From Heterodontus francisci (taxonomy: Eukaryota), in the NCBI RefSeq assembly GCF_036365525.1, contig NC_090371.1, positions 195,197,255 through 195,261,254 of the forward strand: a stretch of 64,000 nucleotides of DNA. The letters run 5' to 3'. The position numbers were made by a program, and so were the translations under genes. Under the pieces are notes generated by a model. That model made no database searches, had not been told where the DNA came from, and was given only the letters and a program-made list of their open reading frames with translations. Below are positions 62,246 to 64,000 of this stretch, piece after piece; positions within the stretch are counted from its first letter, which is position 1; each line of letters opens with the position of its first letter.

Positions 62246-64000
62246 CAGTGCGTGCTGACCATATTAAAAGGCAGACGGTTCTTGGCTGGGGCGCAGATCA
62301 TATCATATGATTTAACAGTTAATGTCTGCATAGTCAATGTGACTAGCAATGTGCTAGTTTCAATCATCTGCGGAATTAAAGACGAATTTTCCAGATTTTA
62401 TTTTCAGTCATGGTACTCTCCCATTAGCTGATTTATTGCATTAGTATCAAACATTGCAGAGGAGGCTGTGATTTTCTCGGCTGCCTTCTCAGCTAGAAGA
62501 AATTGTAAAATAAACAGCACTGTGCAGTAGATGCTGAAAATCCTGGGCCCTTCCAATTTTCTTCCACTACAATTCCAGCAGAAAGGCTGGAAAAAGGCCT
62601 GGATTCAAATGCACTGGATCTCAGCCTGACATTGGGACATCCACCTGCCCCTTATGAGACCAACAATATAGATGGAGACGGGGCTGGAGGGCGGGAACTC
62701 CTTTCACCTCAAGGGTTTCCACATGCATGGCCTAGGAATAGATCAATCAGGTCAGGCATGGCAGCTAGCACACCGAGTACGAAGAGACATATCAGCCTCC
62801 CAAAGGCCACATGTGGACCCATATGGGGTCCAGGCCAGATAATGGCCTGGACAAAAAGAAAACAATTAATTTTGTTTTAATTTTTTTAAATGCAGCACGC
62901 TTATTAAGGAGGTTGCTGGTAGCACAACTATATTTTTCCACATGAAAATTGGGTGGGCCTGGCACTCCTTCCCCATTGCACACTGCAGCAGTCCTGGCAT
63001 GTTGAGGCTGGCAGGTCCCAAGGTGTGTTCCTAATATCATGGGCGTTGTAGAATTTATGGAAATGGGACAATCTCCTCCTAACCCCGCAAACTTCAGCCA
63101 GATCAGTGCCAGAAGTCATCAGATGCTGCATCCTGGCACTTGTATCGGGATGCGCCCCTGCCAAGGATTTTTTTGCAGGAAATCACATGTGTGGGAAAGT
63201 GTCTGAAATTAAAAACTGCTTACAGCCAAATGAGTGACCATGCTCACATAATCCATAATGAATGCACCCTGGGGCAGGTTGTAGGGCTGAGTTATGACTT
63301 CCGATTTTCTTCAAACGGGGGTGCACTTGCCAGATTAATGTTGTCTTTCACTTACGCCTGATGTGTTCCACTGGAGATAAATGGTGCAAAGTAATAATTG
63401 CTCAGTTTGCTGACAGATGTATCCACACTGACAATCAAAAATCCCATTTAATTCCATTTAAAGCTTTTAATTCTCAGTCAGTGATGGTGACACAGTGTGA
63501 GCCAATCTTGGCCCTTGACAGCTTTTATATTGTTGTCAAACATCATGAGCCTCCAGGAATCTGATTCAAAACCCTACTGTTTTCTTGAAATAAAAAAGTC
63601 CATAGTTCTTGTAATTAAGGTAGGTCCATATGATTATTCAGTTACACTGCTCTAAGCTATCGTTAAGGTTAATGAATGTATAAGGGCTTTCGCAATATTT
63701 AGATTCAGGTTAAATATTATTGAACTTATTAGAAGACAAATTATTAAATGGATTTTGTAACCATCAAAAAATTACAAATGTAAGACCACCACTTTTGATA
63801 ATCAGTCTTGTCATCTTGAAGATAATCAGAATTCTCCACTTTTAAGATTGCATCACAAAAATGTGCAGTTTTTTACAAATTGCTCTCGACAGTTTGCTCA
63901 GTCCTAACCTGCAGCCAGGAATGTTGGTTTAAGTGGTTGATCTTTTCACCTAATCCTTCACTTAATATCACCTTAACGCCTGCCTCCATTTGCCTCCCAG

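Overview
Repeat-dense vertebrate genomic DNA, most likely intronic or intergenic sequence from an elasmobranch (shark). This is inferred from the repeat set: HE1/V-SINE-type SINEs, CR1, L2, Penelope, Gmr1-type Gypsy and PIF/Harbinger. No intact host gene could be recognised. Nearly all long ORFs are decayed transposon genes or low-complexity artefacts. The window holds: the 5' half of a Tx1/L1-type LINE; three copies of an ORF1-less APE+RT LINE; one near-full-length and several fragmentary CR1 LINEs; L2 fragments; two Gmr1-type Gypsy elements and two solo LTRs; several Harbinger transposase remnants and related MITEs; a hAT-like element carrying a CT tract; and Penelope remnants. Two signals stand out, both retroelements with small-RNA-derived 5' heads. 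(1) The Tx1-type LINE begins exactly with the 5' end of U1 snRNA (2917). (2) The ORF1-less LINE carries a tRNA-type Pol III promoter as its leader (29041), and its sense strand is nearly free of TTTT terminators. Minimal hammerhead ribozyme motifs occur in the Penelope-derived pieces. All calls were made by eye, without database searches.
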